A stretch of DNA of 32,000 bases, taken from assembly GCF_000008625.1 (NCBI RefSeq), contig NC_000918.1, positions 180,001 through 212,000 of the forward strand, read 5' to 3'. The notes beneath the pieces are model-generated. The model did not search any database. It saw only the letters and a program-made list of their open reading frames with translations, and was not told where the DNA came from. Positions 8,378-20,712 of the stretch are shown one piece after another. Source of the DNA: Aquifex aeolicus VF5 (GTDB lineage Bacteria; Aquificota; Aquificia; Aquificales; Aquificaceae). Positions within the stretch are counted from its first letter, which is position 1. Each line of letters opens with the position of its first letter. The translations under genes and the position numbers were made by a program.

Positions 8378-9856
8378 ATGTTTTCTAAAGTCCTGAGCGG
8401 AGGGCTGTGGGGAGTAGAAGCCTTTCCGGTAGAAGTTCAGGTAGATATCTCTCAGGGGCTTCCTTCCTTCAACGTAGTGGGGCTTCCAGACAGTTCCGTA
8501 AAAGAGGCAAGGGAGAGGGTAAGGAGTGCTGTAAAGAACTCCGGATTTTCCTTTCCCTTGAAACGGATAACCGTGAACCTCTCCCCTTCCGACAGGAAGA
8601 AACAGGGGACCTTTTACGACCTTCCCATAGCCCTCGGTATTTTGCAGTCTTCCGGAGAAATTCCGGAACACGATTTCGTAGTTCTGGGGGAACTTTCCCT
8701 GGACGGGAGCTTAAATAAACTCAGCGGATTACTTGCGGTCCTGATTTCTTTAAAGGAGAAAGGCTTTAAGAAGTTCATAATCCCGAAACAGAACGCAGGA
8801 GAGGCTTCTCTTATAAAAGGTGTAGAGGTTTACACCTTTGAAAACTTGAAAGAAGTAGTTGAGTTTTTAAGGGGAAATCTGAAAAGAGAACCTATTTCCC
8901 ACAGGAAACATCAAGTGATAGAAATTTTTGAAGGAGACTTAAAAGATGTAAAGGGACAGGAACTCGCAAAAAGAGCCCTTGAGATATGTGCTGCGGGCTT
9001 TCATCACCTTCTCTTTGTAGGAAGTGCGGGAGCGGGAAAGTCCATGCTTGCCACAAGGATTAAGAGCATAGCCCCGCCGATGGAAGAGGAAGAAATTCTT
9101 GAAGTATCAAAAATCTACAGCGTTGCGGGGATGCTTGAAGAGAGCCTGATAACCGAAAGGCCCTTTCAAGCTCCTCACCACACGAGCTCAGAAGTCTCCC
9201 TGATAGGTGGAGGAAATCCTCCGAAACCCGGACTCATATCCTTGGCCCACAGGGGTTACTTATTTCTGGATGAAATGGCTGAATTTCCGAGGCGATTTAT
9301 AGAGTCCTTAAGGCAGCCTATGGAAAACGGTAAGGTTCAGGTGAGCAGGGCCGGAAGTAACGTAGTTTTTCCTGCGGAGTTTACCCTGCTTGGGGCCATG
9401 AACCCCTGCCCCTGCGGAAATTACAAAAACCCTTTTAAGGTTTGCACGTGTTCGGAAAGGGAAATAAAAAATTACAACAAAAAGATATCAGAACCAATAA
9501 AAGACAGAATAGACCTCAAAGTTTGGGTGTACCCCCTGAAGGAGGAGGAACTCGTAAACCTCCCTGAAGGGGAAAGTTCCGAGAAAGTAAGGGAAAGGGT
9601 GATAAGGGCCTTCCGGATACAAAAGGAGAGGGGAAAGTTTAACTCGAGACTCTCCAACGAAGAGGTAAAGAAGTACTGTCTGGACATGCTGTCAAGGGAA
9701 GCAAAAGAACTCTTAAAAGAAGCCGTTAAAAACTTAAACCTCTCGGCACGTTCCTACTTTAAACTCCTTAAAGTGGCAAGGACTATTGCGGACCTGGAGG
9801 AAAGTGAAAGGATAGAGGATTATCACATTTCCGAGTGTTTGCAGTTTAGGGATTAA
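8378..9856 (+). CDS. comM: YifB/ComM family Mg-chelatase-like AAA+ ATPase
   Basis: N-terminal Lon-protease-like domain (VVGLPDSSVKEARERVRSAVKNSGFSFP..ITVNLSPSD), Walker A GSAGAGKS, Cys-rich insert NPCPCGNYKNPFKVCTC, and a ChlI C-terminal domain. Confidence 0.9.
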   Translation: MFSKVLSGGLWGVEAFPVEVQVDISQGLPSFNVVGLPDSSVKEARERVRSAVKNSGFSFPLKRITVNLSPSDRKKQGTFYDLPIALGILQSSGEIPEHDFVVLGELSLDGSLNKLSGLLAVLISLKEKGFKKFIIPKQNAGEASLIKGVEVYTFENLKEVVEFLRGNLKREPISHRKHQVIEIFEGDLKDVKGQELAKRALEICAAGFHHLLFVGSAGAGKSMLATRIKSIAPPMEEEEILEVSKIYSVAGMLEESLITERPFQAPHHTSSEVSLIGGGNPPKPGLISLAHRGYLFLDEMAEFPRRFIESLRQPMENGKVQVSRAGSNVVFPAEFTLLGAMNPCPCGNYKNPFKVCTCSEREIKNYNKKISEPIKDRIDLKVWVYPLKEEELVNLPEGESSEKVRERVIRAFRIQKERGKFNSRLSNEEVKKYCLDMLSREAKELLKEAVKNLNLSARSYFKLLKVARTIADLEESERIEDYHISECLQFRD

Positions 9857-9866
9857 TATACTAACC

Positions 9867-10262
9867 ATGAACAAACTCACTCTCTTGCTTAAGTTTTTGA
9901 TACAAGCCTTCATGTGGTTTGCCATAGCTTCGGAATTCGTCTCCTTACTTTACGAGATATTTCACTCCTTAAAAGAGAATTACTTTTTAGGTTTAGAGAC
10001 TCACAAGATACTAGTTAAAGTTCTGAATGTCATCATTATATACGAGCTCTTCACTACTCTTTTGATAGCACTTGAGGAAAGGAGGATAAAACTTATCCTG
10101 ATAATAGACACCGCGATGATATTCTTCATAAGGGAACTTCTCATCGTTCTCTTTACCTACAAAAAGCTTGAACTTAGTGAGGGTATCGCTTCAGCTTTAA
10201 TTCTCGGGACACTTGGTATCTTGAGGTTTCTCTACTTGAAGTACAAGATAGATGTAGAGTAA
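9867..10262 (+). CDS. Small integral membrane protein (possibly PsiE-like)
   Basis: 131 aa with about 4 predicted TM helices. The family assignment rests on overall pattern only. Confidence 0.45.
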   Translation: MNKLTLLLKFLIQAFMWFAIASEFVSLLYEIFHSLKENYFLGLETHKILVKVLNVIIIYELFTTLLIALEERRIKLILIIDTAMIFFIRELLIVLFTYKKLELSEGIASALILGTLGILRFLYLKYKIDVE

Positions 10263-10267
10263 TTCTT

Positions 10268-11383
10268 ATGAAAAAGTTCTTTCCCCTCCTTCTCCTTCTG
10301 CTCCTGACTTTCGTTCCCGCTTTATACCTCCTCAATAAAAAAGAGTACGAAATTTATACCGTAAAGAAGGAAAAAGTTGAAAAAACCGTTTACGCTACCG
10401 GGTATGTAAAGGCTTTAAACGAAGTTGAGGTAAAGGCCAAGGTTGCCGGGTATGTATCGGAAGTTTACAAGGATGTGGGTCAAAAAGTCAAAAAGGGAGA
10501 ACCCCTCGCACGCATACAGAATAAACCCCTTGAAGAAAAAGTGAAAATTTTAGAAATTCAGCTTCAAAATTTAAAAGAAAAAATAAGGGAAGATTCACCC
10601 TTCATACGGGCTTACGAACTGAAAATAAAAGCCCTCCGCGAGGAGGTAAAGGAACTAGAAGAGAAACTCAAAAGGAGAAAGAGACTATATGAAAAGGAAC
10701 TAATTTCCAAGGAAGAGTACGAAAGCCTGAAGAGGAAGTACAGAGCAAAACTGGAAAGCTTAAAAGCCCTTGAGAGTGAATTCAAGGAGAGCGTTGAAGA
10801 AGTGAGGAGAAAGATAAGGGAAGTAAAGGCGAATTTAGAAAAGGCTAAAGAGGAACTCGGAGAGTACACAGTCAGGAGTCCCATAGACGGAGTTATTTTG
10901 AAGAAGAACGTGGAAGTCGGAGAGTACGTAAACACATTCATGGAGACAAAACCACTTTTTGTGGTGGGAAATACAGAAAAACTAAAAACTTACTTAGAAG
11001 TTGACGAAGAGTACTCCTCACTTGTAAAAAAGGGACAGGAAGTTTACGTAAGCGTTGAGTCTTTAAAGGACAAACTCTTTAAAGGGAAAATCGTAAAAGT
11101 TCACAAAAAGGTGGACGAAAAGAAGAAGGTTTTTTTAGTTGAAGCGGAGGTGGATTATTCAGAGAAAGTTCTTCCGGGAACTACCGTTGAGGGATACATC
11201 GTGGTTTACAGGGGAGAAGCACTTTTGATACCCGAAAAAGCTATTTTAGAAGGAAACAGAGTGAAGATTTTGAAGAACGGGAAAATCATCGATAAGACTA
11301 TAAAACTCGGTGAAACTTACGGGGACAAAGTGGAAGTCCTTGAAGGTTTGAAAGAAGGCGACAGGATAGTGATTGAGAAATGA
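10268..11383 (+). CDS. HlyD/MacA-type periplasmic adaptor (membrane fusion protein)
   Basis: N-terminal signal anchor FFPLLLLLLLTFVPALYLL, a lipoyl-like motif (GYVSEVYKDVGQKVKKGEPLARI), a long K/E-rich coiled coil, and a C-terminal beta-barrel region. Confidence 0.8.
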   Translation: MKKFFPLLLLLLLTFVPALYLLNKKEYEIYTVKKEKVEKTVYATGYVKALNEVEVKAKVAGYVSEVYKDVGQKVKKGEPLARIQNKPLEEKVKILEIQLQNLKEKIREDSPFIRAYELKIKALREEVKELEEKLKRRKRLYEKELISKEEYESLKRKYRAKLESLKALESEFKESVEEVRRKIREVKANLEKAKEELGEYTVRSPIDGVILKKNVEVGEYVNTFMETKPLFVVGNTEKLKTYLEVDEEYSSLVKKGQEVYVSVESLKDKLFKGKIVKVHKKVDEKKKVFLVEAEVDYSEKVLPGTTVEGYIVVYRGEALLIPEKAILEGNRVKILKNGKIIDKTIKLGETYGDKVEVLEGLKEGDRIVIEK

Positions 11384-12622
11384 GGGCTGTTCTCTTTCTG
11401 TCCTTTAAGTTCTTCGTGGAGAGGAAAAGACAGAGCTTTATAGCTACTCTGGGGGTGATGATAGGAACGACTGCTTACATCGTTATGAGTTCAATGGTAA
11501 ACGGCTTTCAGAAGTACTTCTTAGAAGAAGCCCTTAACATAAACGGACACGTAAAGATATTCGTGGAAGCAAGGGAAAAGGGAGAAAGTTTTTTAAAAAA
11601 GTTCTTTCCCGATAAAAACTTCAAGATTCTGGGAGAAAAACCGGAAGAGACAAAGGACAAAATAGCGAACTACCGTGAAATCCTGAGGAAATATTCACAG
11701 GATAAAAACGTCATAGGGATAACCGTTCACCTCATCGGAAACGGAGTCCTCACTTACGGGGTAAAGGAAAAACCCGCTACCTTTGTGGGCATAATCCCAA
11801 AGCTTGAGGACAAAACTTTAAACGTTTCAAAGTATTTACAAGAGGGAAGACTTAACGAACTTGAAAGAAACAAGGACTACGTAATTCTCGGTATAAAGCT
11901 CGCTCAGGAACTGGGAATAAGGGAAACGGGAAAAAAGGTTCTCCTTTACGCTCCGAGCGGTGAGGTCTACAGACTCAAAGTAATAGACTTTCTAAACACC
12001 GGGATAACCGAGATAGATAAGTCCAGAATCTACCTTCACATAAAGAAGCTCCAAGACATTCTTGAAAGACAAGGGGAAGTAAATGAAGTAGTTTTAAAGC
12101 TAAAGGATCCAGACCTTGCACCTTTTTACGCGGAAAAGCTCTCAAGAGAAACGGGCTACAAGGCGGAAAGCTGGCAGGAGTCTTTTAAAAACTTCCTCTC
12201 TATATTCAAAATTCAAAAGATAATCACGCGTTCCGTAGTCTTTTCCATACTTTTGGTTTCGGGTTTTGGGATATTCAACATAATAATGATGACAGTGATG
12301 GAAAAGCGAAGGGAAATAGCGATTCTAAAGGCTATGGGCTACGAAAAGAGGGATTTAATCCTCATCTTTACCCTTCAGGGACTCATCATAGGACTCTTGG
12401 GCGGTATCCTCGGAAACATCCTTGCCTACGGAATGCTTGAGTGGCTCGAAACCCTAAGGATAGAAGTTGAGGGAATTATCAGAGCGAAGGGTTTTATCCT
12501 TGACAGGAGTTTGTGGTATCACTTCTTCGGTTTTGTGTTTGCGCTCCTCACCTCTTACCTTGCCTCCTTTTATCCCGCATACAGGGCTTCAAAGTTCCAT
12601 CCCGTGGAGGTCTTCAGAAGCG

Positions 12623-12630
<8 letters not shown>
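11380..12630 (+). CDS. FtsX-fold ABC transporter permease (MacB/LolC/E-like) with a large periplasmic domain
   Basis: 416 aa: TM1, an approximately 230-aa extracytoplasmic domain, then three C-terminal TMs (the FtsX domain). ATGA overlap with the adaptor gene. Confidence 0.85.
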
Positions 12631-14564
<1,934 letters not shown>

Positions 14565-14570
14565 AACAAG

Positions 14571-14580
14571 AATTATAATT
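14571..14580. promoter_or_regulatory. Palindromic AATTATAATT giving TATAAT on both strands between divergent serS and glmS
   Basis: Plus-strand TATAAT is at 14574-14579, 11 nt before the glmS ATG. Minus-strand TATAAT is at 14577-14572, 10 nt before the serS ATG. Neither gene has an SD. The whole intergenic region is 29 bp. Confidence 0.35.
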
Positions 14581-14590
14581 GAAGTTAGAC

Positions 14591-16369
14591 ATGTGCGGGA
14601 TAGTCGGATACGTAGGGAGGGATTTAGCCCTTCCTATAGTCCTCGGAGCTCTTGAGAGACTCGAATACAGGGGTTACGACTCCGCGGGAGTTGCCCTTAT
14701 AGAAGACGGGAAACTCATAGTTGAAAAGAAGAAGGGAAAGATAAGGGAACTCGTTAAAGCGCTATGGGGAAAGGATTACAAGGCTAAAACGGGTATAGGT
14801 CACACACGCTGGGCAACCCACGGAAAGCCCACGGACGAGAACGCCCACCCCCACACCGACGAAAAAGGTGAGTTTGCAGTAGTTCACAACGGGATAATAG
14901 AAAACTACTTAGAACTAAAAGAGGAACTAAAGAAGGAAGGTGTAAAGTTCAGGTCCGAAACAGACACAGAAGTTATAGCCCACCTCATAGCGAAGAACTA
15001 CAGGGGGGACTTACTGGAGGCCGTTTTAAAAACCGTAAAGAAATTAAAGGGTGCTTTTGCCTTTGCGGTTATAACGGTTCACGAACCAAACAGACTAATA
15101 GGAGTGAAGCAGGGGAGTCCTTTAATCGTCGGACTCGGAGAAGGAGAAAACTTCCTCGCTTCAGATATTCCCGCAATACTTCCTTACACGAAAAAGATTA
15201 TTGTTCTTGATGACGGGGAAATAGCGGACCTGACTCCCGACACTGTGAACATTTACAACTTTGAGGGAGAGCCCGTTTCAAAGGAAGTAATGATTACGCC
15301 CTGGGATCTTGTTTCTGCGGAAAAGGGTGGTTTTAAACACTTCATGCTAAAAGAGATATACGAACAGCCCAAAGCCATAAACGACACACTCAAGGGTTTC
15401 CTCTCAACCGAAGACGCAATACCCTTTAAGTTAAAAGACTTCAGAAGGGTTTTAATAATAGCGTGCGGGACCTCTTACCACGCGGGCTTCGTCGGAAAGT
15501 ACTGGATAGAGAGATTTGCAGGTGTTCCCACAGAGGTAATTTACGCTTCGGAATTCAGGTATGCGGACGTTCCCGTTTCGGACAAGGATATCGTTATCGG
15601 AATTTCCCAGTCAGGAGAGACCGCTGACACAAAGTTTGCCCTTCAGTCCGCAAAGGAAAAGGGAGCCTTTACCGTGGGACTCGTAAACGTAGTGGGAAGT
15701 GCCATAGACAGGGAGTCGGACTTTTCCCTTCACACACATGCGGGACCCGAAATAGGCGTGGCGGCTACAAAGACCTTCACCGCACAGCTCACCGCACTCT
15801 ACGCCCTTTCGGTAAGGGAAAGTGAGGAGAGGGAAAATCTAATAAGACTCCTTGAAAAGGTTCCATCACTCGTTGAACAAACACTGAACACCGCAGAAGA
15901 AGTGGAGAAGGTAGCGGAAAAGTACATGAAAAAGAAAAACATGCTTTACCTCGGAAGGTACTTAAATTACCCCATAGCGCTGGAGGGAGCTCTTAAACTT
16001 AAAGAAATTTCTTACATACACGCGGAAGGTTATCCCGCAGGGGAGATGAAGCACGGTCCCATAGCCCTCATAGACGAAAACATGCCGGTTGTGGTAATCG
16101 CACCGAAAGACAGGGTTTACGAGAAGATACTCTCAAACGTAGAAGAGGTTCTCGCAAGAAAGGGAAGGGTTATTTCTGTAGGCTTTAAAGGAGACGAAAC
16201 TCTCAAAAGCAAATCCGAGAGCGTTATGGAAATCCCGAAGGCAGAAGAACCGATAACTCCTTTCTTGACGGTAATACCCCTGCAACTCTTTGCCTACTTT
16301 ATAGCGAGCAAACTGGGACTGGATGTGGATCAGCCGAGAAATCTCGCCAAAACGGTCACGGTGGAATAA
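14591..16369 (+). CDS. glmS: Glutamine--fructose-6-phosphate aminotransferase (isomerizing)
   Basis: Starts MCGIVGYVG (catalytic Cys2), has two SIS domains, and ends in the canonical ...LAKTVTVE. The track's TTG 14579 start would bury the N-terminal Cys. Confidence 0.96.
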   Translation: MCGIVGYVGRDLALPIVLGALERLEYRGYDSAGVALIEDGKLIVEKKKGKIRELVKALWGKDYKAKTGIGHTRWATHGKPTDENAHPHTDEKGEFAVVHNGIIENYLELKEELKKEGVKFRSETDTEVIAHLIAKNYRGDLLEAVLKTVKKLKGAFAFAVITVHEPNRLIGVKQGSPLIVGLGEGENFLASDIPAILPYTKKIIVLDDGEIADLTPDTVNIYNFEGEPVSKEVMITPWDLVSAEKGGFKHFMLKEIYEQPKAINDTLKGFLSTEDAIPFKLKDFRRVLIIACGTSYHAGFVGKYWIERFAGVPTEVIYASEFRYADVPVSDKDIVIGISQSGETADTKFALQSAKEKGAFTVGLVNVVGSAIDRESDFSLHTHAGPEIGVAATKTFTAQLTALYALSVRESEERENLIRLLEKVPSLVEQTLNTAEEVEKVAEKYMKKKNMLYLGRYLNYPIALEGALKLKEISYIHAEGYPAGEMKHGPIALIDENMPVVVIAPKDRVYEKILSNVEEVLARKGRVISVGFKGDETLKSKSESVMEIPKAEEPITPFLTVIPLQLFAYFIASKLGLDVDQPRNLAKTVTVE

Positions 16370-16714
16370 TCACTCTTCCTCTTCCACGAAGGTTGCGAGT
16401 ATCGTCTCTATAATTCCGAGAATAATAGATACTATATTCGCCGCGAGGGCTCCCATGGCGAGTCCCACAGCCTCCTCAACGCTTCCAAGGAAGTAAACAA
16501 AGCCCGCGGGTATCAGGTGAAGGTCCGCAACCAAACTGGAAGCCATGAGCTCGTTCGAGAGAATTCTTCCTTCTCCCATCTTAAGGATTGTGGCAAATAG
16601 GTTTGCGGAAATCGTGATGGCAAGCTCGTAAGGATTGGGACTCAAAACGAAACTTATGTTCGTGGTAAGAGCCATGAGTATAAAGAAGTGGGTAAGTATT
16701 TTCCTTAATCTCAT
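16370..16714 (-). CDS. Small hydrophobic membrane protein of unknown function, translationally coupled to the K+ channel gene
   Basis: 114 aa with about 3 TM helices and an acidic EEEE tail. ATGA overlap with the upstream channel gene. Its stop abuts the glmS stop with a 0-nt gap. Confidence 0.5.
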   Translation of the reverse strand: MRLRKILTHFFILMALTTNISFVLSPNPYELAITISANLFATILKMGEGRILSNELMASSLVADLHLIPAGFVYFLGSVEEAVGLAMGALAANIVSIILGIIETILATFVEEEE

Positions 16715-17817
16715 ACCTTAGCCTCCACTTTTCTGAGCAGAATCCTTTGAGCCTTTCTCAGGTTTTTAGGATGACCAAACAGTATTAAAGTGTCTCCTGG
16801 TTCTATTTTCGTTTCACCGCTCACGGTAACGATAAGTTTTCCGTCTGGTTTCCTTACCGCTATTACCGTAACACCGAGGTTTTTCCTGAGATCGAGTTCC
16901 TTTAACTGCTTTCCTACGAGCTCGGAGTCTTCTGGCACCGTTACTTCAAGTATATCTATTTCCGTCTCTTCACCGAAAGCTATCCTGTCAAAAAGGTCCG
17001 AGATAAAAGCAGAACCAGCATGGAATACATAAGCTGCCACCCTCGTCGCCAAGAGCCTGTAAGGAACTACTGCCCTGTTTGCACCCAGTTCTTCCAGTTT
17101 TTGAGCCGTGTCTTCGGAAGAAGCGAAGGAATAAATGAAGAAGTCTTCCTTTTTAGGTCTCATTAACCTCGCGGTAACTATAACAGCTATGTTTTTAGCG
17201 TCGTCTCCTAGATTCACTACCATTCCCATTGCCTTATATATGCCAGCAGCCTCAAGAACTACTCTCTTGTATGGTTCTTCAATTATGTAGTACTTAACCT
17301 TTGATTCCTTTATCTGCCTTTCAACTTCTCTCCTGCTATCCACCACTACGATTTCTATCTTTCTCTTCCTCAGGAGCCGTATTAATTCCTGAGAAGTTTT
17401 GTTAAATCCAACTATTATGAAGTGTCCCCTAAGCTTCTCTATATCCCTTAACATTTTCCAGGCTCTTAAAACACCTATAAAGTCTTCCTGAAAGAATATT
17501 CTAATGAGAATGGTAACCGAAGTTGTAAAAACACCTATTCCGCCGAGAGCCAGAAAAGTGGTAAAAGTTCTTCCGATGAGTGTGTCGCTTCCCTCGACAA
17601 CCTCTCCGTACCCAATAGTTCCAACCGTTATAACAGTCATGTAGAGGGAGTTTATAAAGTCACCATCGGACAAAATCATGTACCCAAGAGTTCCTATAGT
17701 TAGTACAGTATGGAGCATAAGGAGGGGAAGACGAAAGAGGGAAAGGATTTCAAAGAGGCGGTTCTCGTAAATGTCTATAAGTCTTTTTCTTCTCTTCTTT
17801 TTTCTAACAAACCGCAT
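16711..17817 (-). CDS. 2-TM K+ channel with RCK (TrkA-N/TrkA-C) domains, MthK-like
   Basis: Selectivity filter TVGTIGYGE, Rossmann-like RCK domain ([18 protein letters not shown]), and a C-terminal TrkA-C domain. The start overlaps the ileS 3' end by 14 nt. Confidence 0.85.
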   Translation of the reverse strand: MRFVRKKKRRKRLIDIYENRLFEILSLFRLPLLMLHTVLTIGTLGYMILSDGDFINSLYMTVITVGTIGYGEVVEGSDTLIGRTFTTFLALGGIGVFTTSVTILIRIFFQEDFIGVLRAWKMLRDIEKLRGHFIIVGFNKTSQELIRLLRKRKIEIVVVDSRREVERQIKESKVKYYIIEEPYKRVVLEAAGIYKAMGMVVNLGDDAKNIAVIVTARLMRPKKEDFFIYSFASSEDTAQKLEELGANRAVVPYRLLATRVAAYVFHAGSAFISDLFDRIAFGEETEIDILEVTVPEDSELVGKQLKELDLRKNLGVTVIAVRKPDGKLIVTVSGETKIEPGDTLILFGHPKNLRKAQRILLRKVEAKV

Positions 17818-20674
17818 TAAGCTCTATACCCATCTCGGAAAGTGCTTTTGCACACCTTTTGCAAACGCATCCCACGAACTCCTCTTTCTGGTAGTATATC
17901 CAGCATCTCGGACATTTCTCCCCTTCCGCTTTATTTACGCCTACCTTAACGGGAAGTTCTTCTCCTTCTATCTGAACTTCTCCTCCCTCTCTCAGCTCAA
18001 CCTGACTGACCGTAAAGAAGAAGTTCAGGTAATCCTCGTACTTTTTAAGGAGACTTTCTACACTCTCGTCACCCCTTATGTAAACCTTTGCTTCGTAAGG
18101 GTGCTTGATTATTCCCTTTTCCTTCCTAGCCACTTCCAGTGCCCTCATCACCTCGTCCCTTACCTTTAGGAGAATTTCGTAGTCCTTTAGTACTTCCTCA
18201 TCTTTCAGATTCTCATCGGGCTTTGGCATTTCGTAGAGGAATACGCTCTCGGGAAGTGAAGGGTCAAGCTTCCCTACGTGCTCCCATAGCTCTTCTGCTG
18301 TAAAGCTCAGATATGGAGCTGTGCTCGTTGTGAGTGCGATAAGTAGGTGCCACAGGGCTGTTTGAGCAGAGCGCCTCTCCCATGAGGCCGGAGCGTAAAC
18401 GTAGAGTCTATCCTTTAAAACGTCAAGGTATATCGCAGAAAGGGTAGTTATTACGAAGTTCTTTATGTGGTTGTGAACGCGATAAAAGAGGAACTTCTCG
18501 TAATTTTCGTGAACCTTCTTAAGTAAGTTCTGGAGTTCGGAGATTATCCACCTGTCAAAGTGGTGGAGCTTTTCAAAGGGAAGGGCATTCGTTCTTGGGT
18601 TAAAGTCGTACAGGTTTCCTATAATGAACCTTAAAGTGTTTCTTATCTTCCTGTAGTCATCAGCTATCTTCTTTAAGAGGTTTTTACCGAGCTTTACATC
18701 TTCTGTGTAGTCCTCGGACACAACCCAGAGTCTTAAGATATCCGCCCCGAACTCCTTTACCACTTCCTGAGGGGATATCACGTTCCCGAGGGACTTGGAC
18801 ATCTTTCTTCCTTTCTCGTCCACTATAAATCCGTGGGTGAGAACCGCTTTGTAGGGAGCTTCTAAGTATGAGCCTACGGACTCAAGGAGAGATGCCTGGA
18901 ACCAGCCTCTGTGCTGGTCCGAACCTTCTAAGTATAGGTCCGCCTTCTGAAAGCCGAGAGGTCTTATTACCGCTGCGTGGGAACATCCCGAGTCAAACCA
19001 GACGTCCAGGATATCTTCTTCCTTTGTAAAGCTATCTCCTCCGCACTTGGGGCATTTGTAGCCCTCTGGAAGGAGCTGGGAGGAGGTGAGTTCAAACCAC
19101 ACGTCGCTTCCCTTTTCCGAGTTCTCAACGAGCTGGGCTACTCTCTCAAAAACTTCCCTATCTTTTATAATCTCCCCGCAGTTCTCGCAGTAAAAGACCG
19201 TTATGGGAACACCCCAGAACCTCTGTCTGGATATACACCAGTCGGGTCTGTTCTCAACCATGCTCTTTATCCTGTTCTTACCGTACTCGGGAATCCACTT
19301 AACTTTTTCTATTTCCTCCAGTGCCCTCTGCCTTAAGGTTTTCCCGAAAAACTCAATGTCCATGCCTATGAACCACTGGGGTGTAGCCCTGAAGATTACT
19401 GGGTTTTTACAGCGCCAGCAGTGGGGATAAGAGTGCCTTATCTTTTCCTCGTGAACTAAAAAGCCCTTTTCTTTCAGAACTCCTACGATTAAGTGGTTTG
19501 CGTCAAAAACGCGAACGTTTATGAGAAATTCGGGAGCAGGTTCTACAAACCTCCCCTCGTCGCTGACGGGTGCGTAGGGCTCAAGTCCGTACCTCTGACC
19601 GACTACGTAGTCTTCCTGCCCGTGTCCGGGAGCCATGTGAACGAGTCCCGTTCCCGTATCTAAGCTAACAAATTCCGAGGGGTATATCTTCCACATGTTC
19701 TTTAAGGTTTCCTCGGAAAGATGTCCCTTTAACTTTTCCTTTTCCACGAATGGGTGGGTGTATTCAAGTCCCACTAAATCCTTTCCCTTTACGGTTTCAA
19801 GGACTAAACCTTCTGGTCTGTTTACGGTTTCAAAAAATTTGTCCATTAATTCCTTTGCCACTATCCAGACCTCATCTTCAACTTCCACGAGGACGTAGTC
19901 CGCGTCTTCCTTTACCATTATTCCGAGGTTTGCGGGAAGGGTCCACGGAGTTGTGGTCCAAATAATCGCGAAAACTTTCTTATCCTTAATACCGAACTTT
20001 TCTCCGCTCTTTAGGGGGAACTTGACGTAAATGGAGGGGTCCTCTTTTTCGTAATACTCCACTTCCGCTTCCGCTTCCGCTGTTTTGTCGTATATACACC
20101 AGTAAACGGGCTTCTTACTCCTGTAAGCGAGTCCACGTTCAAAGAACTTCCCGAGCTCCCTTATCTCCTGAGCCTCGTATTTGGGGTCCATGGTGAGGTA
20201 AGGGTGTTCCCAGTCTCCGAGCACTCCGAGTCTTACGAAGTCCTCCCTTTGTATGTTTACGTATTTCTTTGCGTATTCCCTGCAAAGTTCTCTGAACTCT
20301 GTCTTTGGGAGGCTCTCTTTTTTTATTTTCTTCTTGGAGAGCTCCTTTTCCACAGCTCTTTCTATGGGAAGACCGTGGCAGTCCCAGCCGGGAATGAAGT
20401 TAACGTTCTTTCCGATAAGGAGGTTGTACTTATTTATAACGTCCTTGAGGATTTTATTTAGGGCATGTCCCACGTGTATGTGTCCGTTAGCGTAAGGGGG
20501 TCCGTCGTGGAGCACGAAAACCTCTCTACCTTTTCTCTCCTTCTGTATTTTTTCGTAGAGTCCCTTCCACTTTTCCAGGATTTGGGGTTCTCTCTGGGGC
20601 AGGTTTGCCTTCATGGGAAATTCCGTTCTGGGCAGATTCAGAGTGTCTTTCAGGTCAACCTTCTTCTCTTCCAT
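17804..20674 (-). CDS. ileS: Isoleucyl-tRNA synthetase
   Basis: 956 aa with a HIGH-type motif (HIHVGH), KMSKS, a CP1 editing domain, and C-terminal Zn-ribbon cysteines (CPRCW...CVCKRC). Confidence 0.97.
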   Translation of the reverse strand: MEEKKVDLKDTLNLPRTEFPMKANLPQREPQILEKWKGLYEKIQKERKGREVFVLHDGPPYANGHIHVGHALNKILKDVINKYNLLIGKNVNFIPGWDCHGLPIERAVEKELSKKKIKKESLPKTEFRELCREYAKKYVNIQREDFVRLGVLGDWEHPYLTMDPKYEAQEIRELGKFFERGLAYRSKKPVYWCIYDKTAEAEAEVEYYEKEDPSIYVKFPLKSGEKFGIKDKKVFAIIWTTTPWTLPANLGIMVKEDADYVLVEVEDEVWIVAKELMDKFFETVNRPEGLVLETVKGKDLVGLEYTHPFVEKEKLKGHLSEETLKNMWKIYPSEFVSLDTGTGLVHMAPGHGQEDYVVGQRYGLEPYAPVSDEGRFVEPAPEFLINVRVFDANHLIVGVLKEKGFLVHEEKIRHSYPHCWRCKNPVIFRATPQWFIGMDIEFFGKTLRQRALEEIEKVKWIPEYGKNRIKSMVENRPDWCISRQRFWGVPITVFYCENCGEIIKDREVFERVAQLVENSEKGSDVWFELTSSQLLPEGYKCPKCGGDSFTKEEDILDVWFDSGCSHAAVIRPLGFQKADLYLEGSDQHRGWFQASLLESVGSYLEAPYKAVLTHGFIVDEKGRKMSKSLGNVISPQEVVKEFGADILRLWVVSEDYTEDVKLGKNLLKKIADDYRKIRNTLRFIIGNLYDFNPRTNALPFEKLHHFDRWIISELQNLLKKVHENYEKFLFYRVHNHIKNFVITTLSAIYLDVLKDRLYVYAPASWERRSAQTALWHLLIALTTSTAPYLSFTAEELWEHVGKLDPSLPESVFLYEMPKPDENLKDEEVLKDYEILLKVRDEVMRALEVARKEKGIIKHPYEAKVYIRGDESVESLLKKYEDYLNFFFTVSQVELREGGEVQIEGEELPVKVGVNKAEGEKCPRCWIYYQKEEFVGCVCKRCAKALSEMGIELNAVC

Positions 20675-20712
20675 AAGGATTATTTTACGAAATGGTTTAA
20701 ATTTTCTTTCTT

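Noticed and set aside
8360-8718. Three simultaneously open frames over the comM 5' region (track ORFs 8360..8671 minus and 8407..8718 plus, 103 aa each)
   Set aside because: The comM frame shows clear family motifs throughout. The other two translate to low-complexity G/R/S/P-rich sequence with no recognisable motifs. They are side effects of codon bias.
12467-12622. N-terminal extension of the ABC ATPase ORF (the track start at 12467)
   Set aside because: The extension lies entirely inside the permease coding region in another frame and has no ABC-like sequence. In-frame GTG 12623 gives a canonical approximately 224-aa NBD.
14579-14590. TTG start giving MKLD- before the glmS Cys
   Set aside because: GlmS needs Cys as the mature N-terminal residue (MCGIVGY...), so ATG 14591 is the functional start.
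18544-18552. TTATCCACC DnaA-box-like 9-mer inside ileS
   Set aside because: It is an isolated match within a coding sequence, as expected by chance. There are no neighbouring boxes.
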